Positions 46,318-55,771 of a stretch of 64,000 nucleotides of DNA are shown here, one piece after another. The stretch's first letter is position 1. Every line of letters starts with the position of its first letter. The position numbers and the translations under genes were made by a program. Source of the DNA: Lentisphaeria bacterium UBA5247 (GTDB lineage Bacteria > Verrucomicrobiota > Lentisphaeria > Victivallales > Victivallaceae); NCBI GenBank assembly GCA_002408885.1, contig DHTZ01000029.1, positions 2,041 through 66,040 on the forward strand, given 5' to 3'. The notes under the pieces were generated by a model. That model searched no databases and had not been told where the DNA came from. It saw only the letters and a program-made list of their open reading frames with translations.

Positions 46318-48050
46318 TTACGGCCGGCATTTCTTTTTCGATCAAATGGCCGCGAACGCTTCTTTTTCAACACCTGAATCTGCGGACGGCGCTCCGCCAG
46401 CCCGCAGTTCACCGTAATCGGTTCGCCGTCCGGCGTTTTGCCGCTGTAATACATGGCGGCCCCCATGGTCATGGGCAGGGGGATATAGTCCTGAACCTGT
46501 TGCGGACTCCAGTTGCGGCGGTTCAGGAAGTCGTCAACCGTTTTCATTTCGCGCTCGGTGCAACCGGGGAAGTTGGAAATAAACAGCGGGATCAGATACT
46601 GTTCCTTCCCGGCACGCTTGCTTTCTTCTTCAAAAAATTCCATGAATTTATAGAAATCTTCCGCCGGATTCTTGCGCATCAGCTCAAGTACGCGCGGGTG
46701 CAGATGCTCCGGGGCTACTTTCATATGCCCGGAGACGTGGTGACGGATCAGTTCCCGCATCAATTTCGGCTGTTTCACCGCCAGGTCCAAGCGGATGCCG
46801 GAGTTGATATAAAGGTATTTCACGCCCGGCACGGAGCGAACTTTGCGCAACAGTTCCGTCAGGCTTTCGCCGTCTGCCACATAGTTGGGGCAGGGCCTCG
46901 GAACCATGCAGGAGGATCGTCCGCATTTGGCGCAGGCGTCGGGATTCTTCACATAACTGCCGTAAATATTTCCGGCAGGGCCGCCGATGTCTGTAATTGT
47001 ACCTTTGAAATCACGGCTGGCGATCAGTTTATCCACGTCCTTCAGGACGGATTCATGACTGCGCGAGGTAACGGCACGCCCCTGGTGCGATACCAAACCG
47101 CAGAATGAACAGCCGCCGGGGCATCCGCGGACCGCCGGAATCGAGGCGCTGATGGCGTCGAACGCCGGAATCCGCCCTTTGTGAGACGGATGGGGCAATC
47201 GGCTGAACGGCAGCTCATGGACCCGGTCCAGTTCTTCGGTCGTCAACGGGGTCGGCGGCGGTTCGATCACCAGAATCCGATCACCGTAGCGCTGGTACAG
47301 CCCATGACCGGCGTAGGGATTCATTTCGCGCTCGACAAGGATGGTTTCAGCCATCAGGGCATCGCGGTCCTTCTGCATCGTGTCCCAATCGGGAAGTTCC
47401 ACATAGCCGGAGAAGTCCCAGCTTTCCGCTTCTTTTTTGCCGAGGAATACCGTTGAACCGCGGAGTTTCCGGAACGGTTTATTTTCGCGCAGGCAAACGG
47501 CGACCTCGGCGATGGTTCTTTCGCCCTGTCCGTACATGCCGAGTTCGGCTCTGCTGTCCACCAGCACGCCGGGGCGGATTTTATCCTGCCAATAATCGTA
47601 ATGCGCCACCCGGCGCAGACTGGATTCCATGCCGCCGTTCAAGATCGGAAGCCCCGGGAACGCCTGTCGCGCCAGTTGCGAATAAACGATCAGGGCGTGA
47701 GGAGGGCGTTTACCGGGCGCGCCGTCTTCCGAATAGGCGTCATCGCGCCGGAGCCGCCGCCCGGCGGTATAGAGGTTGACCATCGAATCCATGTTGCCGG
47801 ATGAAATGGCGCAGGCAAAAACCGGTCGGCCCAATATCTGAAGCGATTTCGCATCGCGCCAGTCCGGCTGGGCGATAATGCCGCAGCGGAACCCCTCCGC
47901 CATCAGCAGGCGACCGATCAGGGAAATGCCGTAAGACGGATGATCAACGTAACAGTCACCGGTAATCAGAAGGATGTCCAATTGATCCCAGCCGAGTTTG
48001 TCCATTTCGCGCCGGGACATCGGCATGAATTCGGGGTAATAAGGTGTCAT
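46314..48050 (-). CDS. ygiQ: YgiQ-family (UPF0313) radical SAM protein
   Basis: N-terminal LDILLITGDCYVDHPSYGISLIGRLL and CxxxCxxC cluster motif (GCPGGCSFC). Confidence 0.85.
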   Translation of the reverse strand: MTPYYPEFMPMSRREMDKLGWDQLDILLITGDCYVDHPSYGISLIGRLLMAEGFRCGIIAQPDWRDAKSLQILGRPVFACAISSGNMDSMVNLYTAGRRLRRDDAYSEDGAPGKRPPHALIVYSQLARQAFPGLPILNGGMESSLRRVAHYDYWQDKIRPGVLVDSRAELGMYGQGERTIAEVAVCLRENKPFRKLRGSTVFLGKKEAESWDFSGYVELPDWDTMQKDRDALMAETILVEREMNPYAGHGLYQRYGDRILVIEPPPTPLTTEELDRVHELPFSRLPHPSHKGRIPAFDAISASIPAVRGCPGGCSFCGLVSHQGRAVTSRSHESVLKDVDKLIASRDFKGTITDIGGPAGNIYGSYVKNPDACAKCGRSSCMVPRPCPNYVADGESLTELLRKVRSVPGVKYLYINSGIRLDLAVKQPKLMRELIRHHVSGHMKVAPEHLHPRVLELMRKNPAEDFYKFMEFFEEESKRAGKEQYLIPLFISNFPGCTEREMKTVDDFLNRRNWSPQQVQDYIPLPMTMGAAMYYSGKTPDGEPITVNCGLAERRPQIQVLKKKRSRPFDRKRNAGRN

Positions 48051-48053
48051 GGA

Positions 48054-48587
48054 TTATTGGCGCGGCGGAAGCATGCCGCTCTCTGTGATTTTAGCCACAT
48101 TGGTAAAGGCGTCGGAACCGAGGAAATGAAACGGTATCCTGAGCTTGGCATTGTCCTTCGTGGAATAGTTGTATTCCAGAGTCAGGTCAATAGTCCTGCC
48201 TTTCTCAATCCGGGGAGCATCGATACGAAACAGCAGGGAATACCAGGTATCGGGTTCCGTCTTGTCAATTTTCCAGTTGGACGCATCGAATTCGCCGGTA
48301 CCGACACGCAACGCGACACAAGGATAAGTATTCAAGCTGTCTTCCAGGGAGAAATCATAAATGCTGAGCGTCCGGCCCGGGTCCAACCGGCAGACCACCA
48401 CCGCATAGCCCGGCTGAGTGTACTGGGAGGGGAAGGCGAATTTATCTTCTTTGAGTATTTTGACCTGCGAAGTGGAGATTTCCGCACAGCCAATGCGCCC
48501 GAACGGGAACCGCCAGACCGCGCCGAAAAGGCTGCCGCCGATCAATAACGCCGCAATCAGGATTGCAAACCTGTATCTGTTCATCAT
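48054..48587 (-). CDS. secreted or anchored hypothetical protein
   Basis: 177 aa. Signal-anchor FAILIAALLIGGSLFGAV. Stop lies 3 nt before the ygiQ start. Confidence 0.5.
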   Translation of the reverse strand: MMNRYRFAILIAALLIGGSLFGAVWRFPFGRIGCAEISTSQVKILKEDKFAFPSQYTQPGYAVVVCRLDPGRTLSIYDFSLEDSLNTYPCVALRVGTGEFDASNWKIDKTEPDTWYSLLFRIDAPRIEKGRTIDLTLEYNYSTKDNAKLRIPFHFLGSDAFTNVAKITESGMLPPRQ

Positions 48588-48692
48588 CGTTTATCTTTTC
48601 CTGCAATTACAATTTCATGTTGTATTATACCCCGCAATGGATGCAAAAGCAAGTACAAAACGATTTTTTGTCATCATCAAGACCGATGATTT

Positions 48693-48956
48693 TCAATTGA
48701 TTACACCCAGTTCCTTCAGGTGTTTTTCAAACCGGGCAGGGCGGAAAACTTCTCCGGGGATCCATTTGCCGTTGTATTCGAGGGTAGGTACCACCCAATC
48801 GCCGCCGCCGTTGACGTCGATGATTTTCTGCAGGATTTCCGGCGATTGCTCCTCGACTTCACGGTAATCGAACGGAATCCGGTGTTCTTCCAGCCAATGG
48901 ATCGCCGCCCGGCAATGCGGGCACATATTCAAAGAGAACAGTTGCAATTTCTTCAT
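48693..48956 (-). CDS. glutaredoxin/NrdH-like small thioredoxin-fold protein
   Basis: 87 aa with a CPHC active-site motif near the N-terminus. Confidence 0.75.
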   Translation of the reverse strand: MKKLQLFSLNMCPHCRAAIHWLEEHRIPFDYREVEEQSPEILQKIIDVNGGGDWVVPTLEYNGKWIPGEVFRPARFEKHLKELGVIN

Positions 48957-49082
48957 AAGGACCTCCCGTTTCCAAATAATGTAAATGCCGTTTGACGGAA
49001 TTCAACTATTTTTCATTTTTTCTTTGTAATCCGTTCCATCGACGATTATGGTATATTCCCAAGCCGAGGAATCAATCGATAA

Positions 49083-49766
49083 ATGAAAATCAATCATCCC
49101 GTTACCGTTGTTCTGACATTTGACGACGCCTGTAAAAGTCATTTGGAAAATGTGGCGCCCCTGCTGAAACAATATGGTTTCGGCGCGACTTTTTTCATCT
49201 GCCGTTTCAAGGATGAATGGCGGGCGAAACATGAAAAACACCTGCTGAACGCCGCCGAAATCCGGCAGCTCGCCGATATGGGATTCGAAATCGGCAACCA
49301 TACCTGGAACCATCCCGGCCTGCAACAACTTTCCGCCACCGAATGTGAAACGGAAATCGCTCGCCTGGATCAATTTCTGAACGACGCCGAGGTGCCGCCT
49401 CCGGTCAGTTTCGCTTATCCGGGCGGGCCGTATGCGGAAAATGCCGCGCCATCGCTGGCAACGCGATTTCCGGGGGCAAGGACCACGGAACAACGCCCGT
49501 GGCGCCCGGATGCCGATGACCCGATGCGCATTCCCGCGATTCCGATTCAGGGGGACGATGAACAACTTTTTTTCCGGGCCGTGGAACAAGCCGGGCCCGG
49601 AAATGTGGTGGTATTGGTTTTTCATGGCGTGCCGGACCCGGTTCATGAGCGGGTCAGTACTCCGCCCGCGCTGTTCGCCGGGTATCTTCAATATCTGCAC
49701 CGGAATCACTACCGGGTGGCAAGCATGAAAGAGATTCTGCGGGAAAACGGTTTAACCGGGAAATAA
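49083..49766 (+). CDS. polysaccharide deacetylase (CE4) family protein
   Basis: TFDDA, HTWNHP and related NodB-homology motifs. Confidence 0.8.
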   Translation: MKINHPVTVVLTFDDACKSHLENVAPLLKQYGFGATFFICRFKDEWRAKHEKHLLNAAEIRQLADMGFEIGNHTWNHPGLQQLSATECETEIARLDQFLNDAEVPPPVSFAYPGGPYAENAAPSLATRFPGARTTEQRPWRPDADDPMRIPAIPIQGDDEQLFFRAVEQAGPGNVVVLVFHGVPDPVHERVSTPPALFAGYLQYLHRNHYRVASMKEILRENGLTGK

Positions 49767-49783
49767 CGCGGTATTCGTCCGCC

Positions 49784-52201
49784 TCACTCCGTGGTTTTCC
49801 CCTGACGTGCGATGGCGGTCTTGCCGGAAGCGATCTCCCGAACCAGCAGTTTCAACTCTCCGGCGGGTTCATTTTCCGCCAAATGAAACTCCATGACCAG
49901 AACGCCGTCCACGGCACAGTGGTATCCGCTGCCGTCCAGCACGGAATCATCCTGTCCCCGCAGGGAAACATCGACCGGCAACAAGGCTTCGATCGGTTTG
50001 CCCGCTTCATTCAACACACGGATTTCGGCTTTGACGGTTTTACCGTTAACCGACAGCGCCGCCGTCACCTGATTGATCCGATCGGGCAACAGCATGATCA
50101 ATTGCCCGCCGGTGGTCTCAAACGAACAGCCGACGCCGGAACCGTTTTTCATGCTGGTGACAATCAGTTCTTCCCCGTTGACAAGGTCATAACCGTAATT
50201 CATATTGCGCCCGACATAAATATTACCGGCATTCGGTTCGCCCCGTTCCTGGACATATCCCCAGTAGCCGACGTATTCGCCGGCACGCCGCTTGTCGTTG
50301 ATGACAAACAGATAATCCGCTTCCTTGTAGGAGCGCACCCGGACCACAAGGTCCTGATTGGAGGAGGACGCATACGGTTTGAAATGCGGTTCAAGCGCTT
50401 TGCCGAGGTCGGCGCCGAGTCGCTGGAATGCCGCCTTGTCCGCCGCCGAATTGCCGGTACGAGCCCGCGAACGGATCATCAGGTCCGGCACAATCCCCGG
50501 GACCAGATATTCATCAGCAACCACGATTCCCGCGCGGTTCTGAAACTTTTTCACTTCTTCGAAAATATCCTTTTCCAGAATTTCGCAGGCGGGCATCACC
50601 AGAATCTTCGCGTCATTCAACGCGCCCCGCCGTATCTGGTCTTCATAAACCAGCGCCGTCTGGAAGTTCCCCCACTGCAATGCGAGGTACAGATCGGCCA
50701 GCCATTCCCGGTGATCATCCGCCAGAATCGCCGACGCGGCACTGTGCAGAACCAGCACTTCCGGCACACGCCCGGGAAGCCGTTTCAGGACAGGGCCCAG
50801 CGGGAAAATCACTTTATTCAACAGGTACTCCAGAGTGGCGGTGCTGTCGCGGTCGGTATAATACGATTTCCCGGCAAGGCCGTGTCCATTGTAACCCAAT
50901 CCGTCGACCTGGCGGGAAATAACCGCCCAGAACGATTCCCGCAGGCAATCCGGAGAAACGGACAGAAATTCCGCCTGCGGCTGCTGTTCTAGCCAGAACG
51001 GTTTAACCGGAGTGGCAAGGGGACCGGGAGCGGCTTTGGCGCGCTCCCAATAAAGAGAGAGATCCGGGAGAACCGCCGAACGGCTCCGATCACCGGCGGC
51101 GGCGATCAGACGGTCCGTTTCGTAGGCGGCGGCCAGCGGCTCATTCAAGAAAGAGATTTTCCGACTGAGGTACCGGAAATCTTTTCCATCCTGTGCGAAA
51201 TCGGCAAACGGAGGAATATTGGACGATATTTCATTGATGACGAAAAACGCCGGACGGGTCCCCTTGACAAAAGCTTCGGCGAGCGCTTTATTCAGCGGCG
51301 CCCAGCCGTCGCCTCCGGTCCAGAACCATTTATAATAGATCCAGATGGGATCTTTTTCCGGCAGGATGCGGCTTCCGGGAAAATCTTTCAACAACTGATA
51401 ATTCGGGGAAATCCGCGAAGTCACGGCGGCCGGGATATTAATGCCTGCCGCTTTTTTGAACGCCGCCGGTTCATACGCGCCAAACGACGGATTGGTATCC
51501 GCCTGGGCATCGGGGTTCAGGCTTACCCCGGACAACAACGGATAAGAACCAAACTGCTGAATGGCTTTTTCGGCGGACTGAAGCGAGAGTTTCAATACCT
51601 GCGGGTCGGAAGCGTCCACGGCCAGGGGCGAGTACGGCTTTTGATTACGGTTCAGGCGGGGGTACTGTTCTGCCAATTTCAACGTGTCATCGAAAATCCC
51701 GACCAGATACAGCCGGTTTTCCAGAAGCCGGTTCAGGAAATCAGGCGTCAACACCGATTCGTTCAGATTTACGGATACATGGGTAAACCCCGATTTTTTC
51801 AATTCGGCAGGGTCCCCCGAACCGGTCAGAATCACCGGAAATTCAGGTTCTCTGGCGGAAACGATATCCACGTTCACTTCACAGGAGGCGAGTTCTCCGG
51901 CGGCAGATCGCAGAACCACTTTGACCGGGTAACGGCCCGGACGGAGATTCGCTTCGAAAGGAATCGAGACAGGAGGCTCCGTTCCGGCTTTGACCGCGGG
52001 CAATTTGCCGGATTTCTCAATACCGCCGATATTGGAGACTGCTTGAATATCCTGAAGCGGAACGGTGGTTTTTATCTGTATTTTAAGGGCGGGCGCTTTT
52101 TCCAGGCGGTTGAATACGGTTCGGCCCGCCGGGGCGATTTCTGTCTGCGCATAACCGGCGATGACGAGCAGCGATACGGCAAAAATAAGGATTGACTTCA
52201 T
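49784..52201 (-). CDS. secreted ~805-aa protein, paralog of 29446..31932
   Basis: Start set at MKSILIFAVSLLVIAGYA (signal peptide). Collinear similarity to the 828-aa protein along its whole length. Confidence 0.5.
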   Translation of the reverse strand: MKSILIFAVSLLVIAGYAQTEIAPAGRTVFNRLEKAPALKIQIKTTVPLQDIQAVSNIGGIEKSGKLPAVKAGTEPPVSIPFEANLRPGRYPVKVVLRSAAGELASCEVNVDIVSAREPEFPVILTGSGDPAELKKSGFTHVSVNLNESVLTPDFLNRLLENRLYLVGIFDDTLKLAEQYPRLNRNQKPYSPLAVDASDPQVLKLSLQSAEKAIQQFGSYPLLSGVSLNPDAQADTNPSFGAYEPAAFKKAAGINIPAAVTSRISPNYQLLKDFPGSRILPEKDPIWIYYKWFWTGGDGWAPLNKALAEAFVKGTRPAFFVINEISSNIPPFADFAQDGKDFRYLSRKISFLNEPLAAAYETDRLIAAAGDRSRSAVLPDLSLYWERAKAAPGPLATPVKPFWLEQQPQAEFLSVSPDCLRESFWAVISRQVDGLGYNGHGLAGKSYYTDRDSTATLEYLLNKVIFPLGPVLKRLPGRVPEVLVLHSAASAILADDHREWLADLYLALQWGNFQTALVYEDQIRRGALNDAKILVMPACEILEKDIFEEVKKFQNRAGIVVADEYLVPGIVPDLMIRSRARTGNSAADKAAFQRLGADLGKALEPHFKPYASSSNQDLVVRVRSYKEADYLFVINDKRRAGEYVGYWGYVQERGEPNAGNIYVGRNMNYGYDLVNGEELIVTSMKNGSGVGCSFETTGGQLIMLLPDRINQVTAALSVNGKTVKAEIRVLNEAGKPIEALLPVDVSLRGQDDSVLDGSGYHCAVDGVLVMEFHLAENEPAGELKLLVREIASGKTAIARQGKTTE

Positions 52202-52286
52202 TGTTTCCAGTTCCGGGGTTTTTAATTCCATGAATCATGGCATAAGATATCCCGGTGAACAAACGATTTCAACCCGGAAAGCGCGA

Positions 52287-52889
52287 TTATCGGGAAATGA
52301 GCAAACGCCGCAACCGCGGAATATGGTTGCGGAGCGGTTCGCTCTGATAATTGGTGCCGCGCTGGATATCGACGTCGTCCTTACGCTTGAAGAACGCGTC
52401 CAGAATACGCAAATCATTTTCCAACAGGTCGTTGATGGACTCGTGCCGGTCAATGACAATGATCAGCCGGGGCCGATCGCGCAGTTTGCCGCGGGTGCAG
52501 TTGTTGCAGAAACCTTCTTCGTCCAGAAAGAATTCCAGCTTGGTGAATTTGCCGAGCGCCGAGACTTGTTCACGGTCATGCTTCAGGTGGGAAATCGGCC
52601 ACATGCTGCTGCGGATCACCGTCTGGGGACGCTTGTGTATCGTGTCTTTGCCGCAAACGGTACAGTGGTAGGTGATCGAATCCGGCAATTGCTCCACCAT
52701 TTCGGCCACCGCCGCTTTTTCCTGTATCGGAACCTGTCTGGCACCCAGTTCTTTCAACATGGCTTCAATCAACCGGCCATTGGGAGGAACTGAATAATGG
52801 ACATCCTGACGCGCCTGGCCGAAGCCGACGCCGATGTACCCGAATAGGATAAGATTGGACAGGAAAAAGAGAAATAACGGCTTGTTCAT
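52287..52889 (-). CDS. secreted hypothetical protein with two CxxC pairs
   Basis: Start set at MNKPLFLFFLSNLILFGYIG. CTVCGKD and CNNCTRG suggest a zinc-ribbon-like site. Confidence 0.45.
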   Translation of the reverse strand: MNKPLFLFFLSNLILFGYIGVGFGQARQDVHYSVPPNGRLIEAMLKELGARQVPIQEKAAVAEMVEQLPDSITYHCTVCGKDTIHKRPQTVIRSSMWPISHLKHDREQVSALGKFTKLEFFLDEEGFCNNCTRGKLRDRPRLIIVIDRHESINDLLENDLRILDAFFKRKDDVDIQRGTNYQSEPLRNHIPRLRRLLISR

Positions 52890-53048
52890 GGTTCCTTGCT
52901 GCTTTCGTGTTTCTGCGGTATACAAGTGGCTATTTATATATTATAGCAAAAAAAATACAAAAAGTCTACAGCAAATCAGAAAAAAACACGGATTTCCCGT
53001 CAGCATAACTCTCGAATTGAAAAAATCGTGAAAATTCTTCTTCCGAGC

Positions 53049-53076
53049 TTGAAAATGACGCGGTCCCTGATATATT
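53049..53076 (+). promoter_or_regulatory. candidate rpsD promoter
   Basis: TTGAAA (53049-53054), 16-nt spacer, TATATT (53071-53076). This implies a ~90-nt leader. Confidence 0.4.
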
Positions 53077-53171
53077 AATTTTCTGTTTTTATCGGAATGG
53101 CGGCAGGCCCCATATAGTGGCTTGACACCTGTCGTCATATGAAATCAACCCTTCAAGAAAGGAGTAAAGGG

Positions 53172-53783
53172 ATGGCAACTGCAAGTCGAGCAAAACACAA
53201 ATTGTGCCGCCGTATCGGACAGTGTATTTGGAACAACCCCAAGTGCCCGAGCGTAAAACGCCCCTATCCGTCCGGCCCCCACGGCAAAACCGGCCGTAAG
53301 AAAAAACTTTCCACCTATGGCGAATTGCTGATGGAAAAACAGAAGCTCCGTATGCATTACGGCGTTTCTGAAGAACAGCTCCGCGTAATCTACAAGCGCG
53401 CCCAGAAAGGTATCGGCAAGACCGACGAACGCCTGGCCCGTTTCCTGGAACAACGCCTGGATGCAATCCTGTTCCGTTCCGGCTTCGCCGCGTCCATTTT
53501 CGCTGCCAAGCAATATATCAGTCACGGTCACGTGCTGGTAAACGGACAGAAAGTGAACCGTTCTTCCTACATGGTCAAGGAAGGTTTTGAAGTCACCATC
53601 AATGCCGAAAAGTCTCCGAATGTAGCGGAGAGCGCCAAAGGCAATGTCGGCAACGTTACTGTGCCGGCCTATCTCCAGGTCGACAGCGAAGCCTTGAAAA
53701 TCACTCTGGTGCGTGCACCGGAACTCGGTGAAATTCCCGTCGACGCTAAAATCATCAGCGTTATCGAGTATTACGCCCGTTAA
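53172..53783 (+). CDS. rpsD: 30S ribosomal protein S4
   Basis: AAAGGAG RBS then ATG at 53172. MATASRAKHKLCRRIG...YGELLMEKQKLRMHYG and S4 RNA-binding domain motifs. Confidence 0.92.
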   Translation: MATASRAKHKLCRRIGQCIWNNPKCPSVKRPYPSGPHGKTGRKKKLSTYGELLMEKQKLRMHYGVSEEQLRVIYKRAQKGIGKTDERLARFLEQRLDAILFRSGFAASIFAAKQYISHGHVLVNGQKVNRSSYMVKEGFEVTINAEKSPNVAESAKGNVGNVTVPAYLQVDSEALKITLVRAPELGEIPVDAKIISVIEYYAR

Positions 53784-53805
53784 TTTCCGATTGCCGGAAT
53801 TTGTA

Positions 53806-53842
53806 GCGTGGAAGTGTTCGACATTTCCACGCTTTTTTATTT
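53806..53842 (+). terminator. rho-independent terminator after rpsD
   Basis: Perfect 8-bp stem GCGTGGAA / TTCCACGC, 11-nt loop, followed by TTTTTTATTT. Confidence 0.8.
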
Positions 53843-53904
53843 CAGCGGTTTTCATTTGCCGCTTTCCGCATTATATTACCAGACACACGGAAGGAAGACG
53901 CCCA

Positions 53905-55194
53905 ATGAAGCATGTCAAAGAAACCATTGTTTTACTGAACTTCGGCTGCGAAGACATTCAGAAAATCGCCCGCGCCATCCGCGACAAACATATTTACACC
54001 ATGGTCATGCCTTATACCGTGCCGACAGCCCGGCTGCTGGAAGAAAAACCGGTCGGGTTGATCATCTGTGCGGACCGTTCCGCGGCGAAACCGGCGGCCG
54101 CACTGACGGCGTTCACCGGGCTGGGAATTCCGGTGTTGTTCGCGGGGGCCGCGGCGGAAATGGGGGGCAAACCGGGTGTTGCAGTTTCCGACATCGACGC
54201 CATGTGCGGATTCTGCCAGGAATGCGGCTGTACCGGCAGTTGGCGGATGGATGCGTTTATCGATGAAACGATTGAAGACATCCGCAATCGGGTGGGCAAC
54301 GAAAAAGTCGTCCTCGGCCTGAGCGGCGGCGTTGATTCCTCCGTGGTGGCCGCTCTGATTCATAAAGCGATCGGGGACCAGTTGACCTGTGTGTTCGTCA
54401 ACCACGGGCTGTTGCGTAAAAATGAAGCGGAGCTGGTTCAGGAAATCTTTGCCCGCAATTTTAAAATGAACCTGAAATACGTTGATGCCTCGGACCGTTT
54501 CCTGAACAAATTGGAGGGTGTAAGCGACCCCGAACGGAAACGCAAGATCATCGGCCATGAATTTATTGAAGTATTTACCGAAGCCGCGGCGGAAGTCCAT
54601 GCGCCCTTCCTGGGGCAGGGGACGATTTACCCGGACATCGTGGAAAGCATCCCGCTGGACGGCAATCCGAACGGGGTCATCAAAAGCCATCACAACGTCG
54701 GCGGCCTGCCGGAAGACATGCACTTCAAACTGGTTGAACCGGTGGAAATGCTTTTCAAAGACGAAGTCCGCGTGGTCGGACGCTTGCTCGGCCTGCCGTC
54801 CGAACTGATTGACCGCCACCCGTTCCCGGGGCCGTCCCTCGGCGTGCGCCACCTCGGCGCCATCGACCGCGCCACCCTCGGAATCCTCCGCGAAGCCGAC
54901 GCCATCGTGACGGATGAACTGATTAAATCCGGCTGGTATCAAAAGACCTGGCAGACGTTTGCCGTTTTCCTGCCGGTCAAGGCGGTCGGTATCAAACATG
55001 AAATGCGAACCTATTCCTATGCCATCGCCATCCGTTCGGTGAATTCCGTGGACGCCGTCACCGCCGAAGTGGTCCGGCTCCCCTGGGAACTGCTGGAAAC
55101 CATGGCGAACCGCATCATAAAAGAGGTGGATGGCGTCAGCCGCGTCGTTTACGACATCACCGCCAAACCGCCCGGCACCATTGAATGGGAATGA
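53905..55194 (+). CDS. guaA: GMP synthase with truncated, Cys-less N-terminal amidotransferase remnant
   Basis: GGAAGGAAG RBS. ATP-PPase motif LGLSGGVDSS, and C-terminal ...KPPGTIEWE. 429 aa versus about 513-525 aa for canonical GuaA. Confidence 0.85.
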   Translation: MKHVKETIVLLNFGCEDIQKIARAIRDKHIYTMVMPYTVPTARLLEEKPVGLIICADRSAAKPAAALTAFTGLGIPVLFAGAAAEMGGKPGVAVSDIDAMCGFCQECGCTGSWRMDAFIDETIEDIRNRVGNEKVVLGLSGGVDSSVVAALIHKAIGDQLTCVFVNHGLLRKNEAELVQEIFARNFKMNLKYVDASDRFLNKLEGVSDPERKRKIIGHEFIEVFTEAAAEVHAPFLGQGTIYPDIVESIPLDGNPNGVIKSHHNVGGLPEDMHFKLVEPVEMLFKDEVRVVGRLLGLPSELIDRHPFPGPSLGVRHLGAIDRATLGILREADAIVTDELIKSGWYQKTWQTFAVFLPVKAVGIKHEMRTYSYAIAIRSVNSVDAVTAEVVRLPWELLETMANRIIKEVDGVSRVVYDITAKPPGTIEWE

Positions 55195-55204
55195 GGAGCG
55201 GCGA

Positions 55205-55768
55205 ATGAAAATCGTTTCCGGCACGGCACGTGGAATCGAACTGCTGGCGCCTCCGGGGCTGGAGGTGCGCCCGACTTCGGTGCGCGCCCGTTGCGCCCTG
55301 ATGGATAGCCTGCGCGATTTTGCGGGGCGGCGGGTGGCGGACCTTTGCGCCGGTTCCGGCGGGATCGGGCTGGAAGCCGCCAGCCGCGGCGCCGCCGCGG
55401 CGCTGTTTGTGGAAGTGAACCGACGGCATTGCCGTTTTCTTGAAGACAATATCGCCAAAGTCCGCAAGGCGGGCGCGGAATTCGAATCCCATGTCATTTG
55501 CGGCAGCATCCTGGATTGCCATAGTTATTCGCGATACTTGAGCGCGCCCGACTTGATTTTCGCCGATCCGCCTTATGCGGAATCCGCGGAATTGTGGCGC
55601 TCTCTGTGCGCTTCGACCGAATTTCAGGAATGGGCGCAACATGCGAAAATCGTCTGGGAACTGCCGGATACGCCGGGTTCCGCCGGGCTGTTCCTGAGTT
55701 GCCCGTTGCCGGGCCGCGAGGGCAGGGTGCGCCGACTTGGACCGGCTTCATTTTTCATGGTGGACTGA
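55205..55768 (+). CDS. rsmD: 16S rRNA (guanine966-N2)-methyltransferase RsmD-like
   Basis: MKIVSGTARG...LEVRPTSVRAR...DLCAGSGGIGLEA...FADPPY motifs. Confidence 0.8.
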   Translation: MKIVSGTARGIELLAPPGLEVRPTSVRARCALMDSLRDFAGRRVADLCAGSGGIGLEAASRGAAAALFVEVNRRHCRFLEDNIAKVRKAGAEFESHVICGSILDCHSYSRYLSAPDLIFADPPYAESAELWRSLCASTEFQEWAQHAKIVWELPDTPGSAGLFLSCPLPGREGRVRRLGPASFFMVD

Positions 55769-55771
55769 ACG

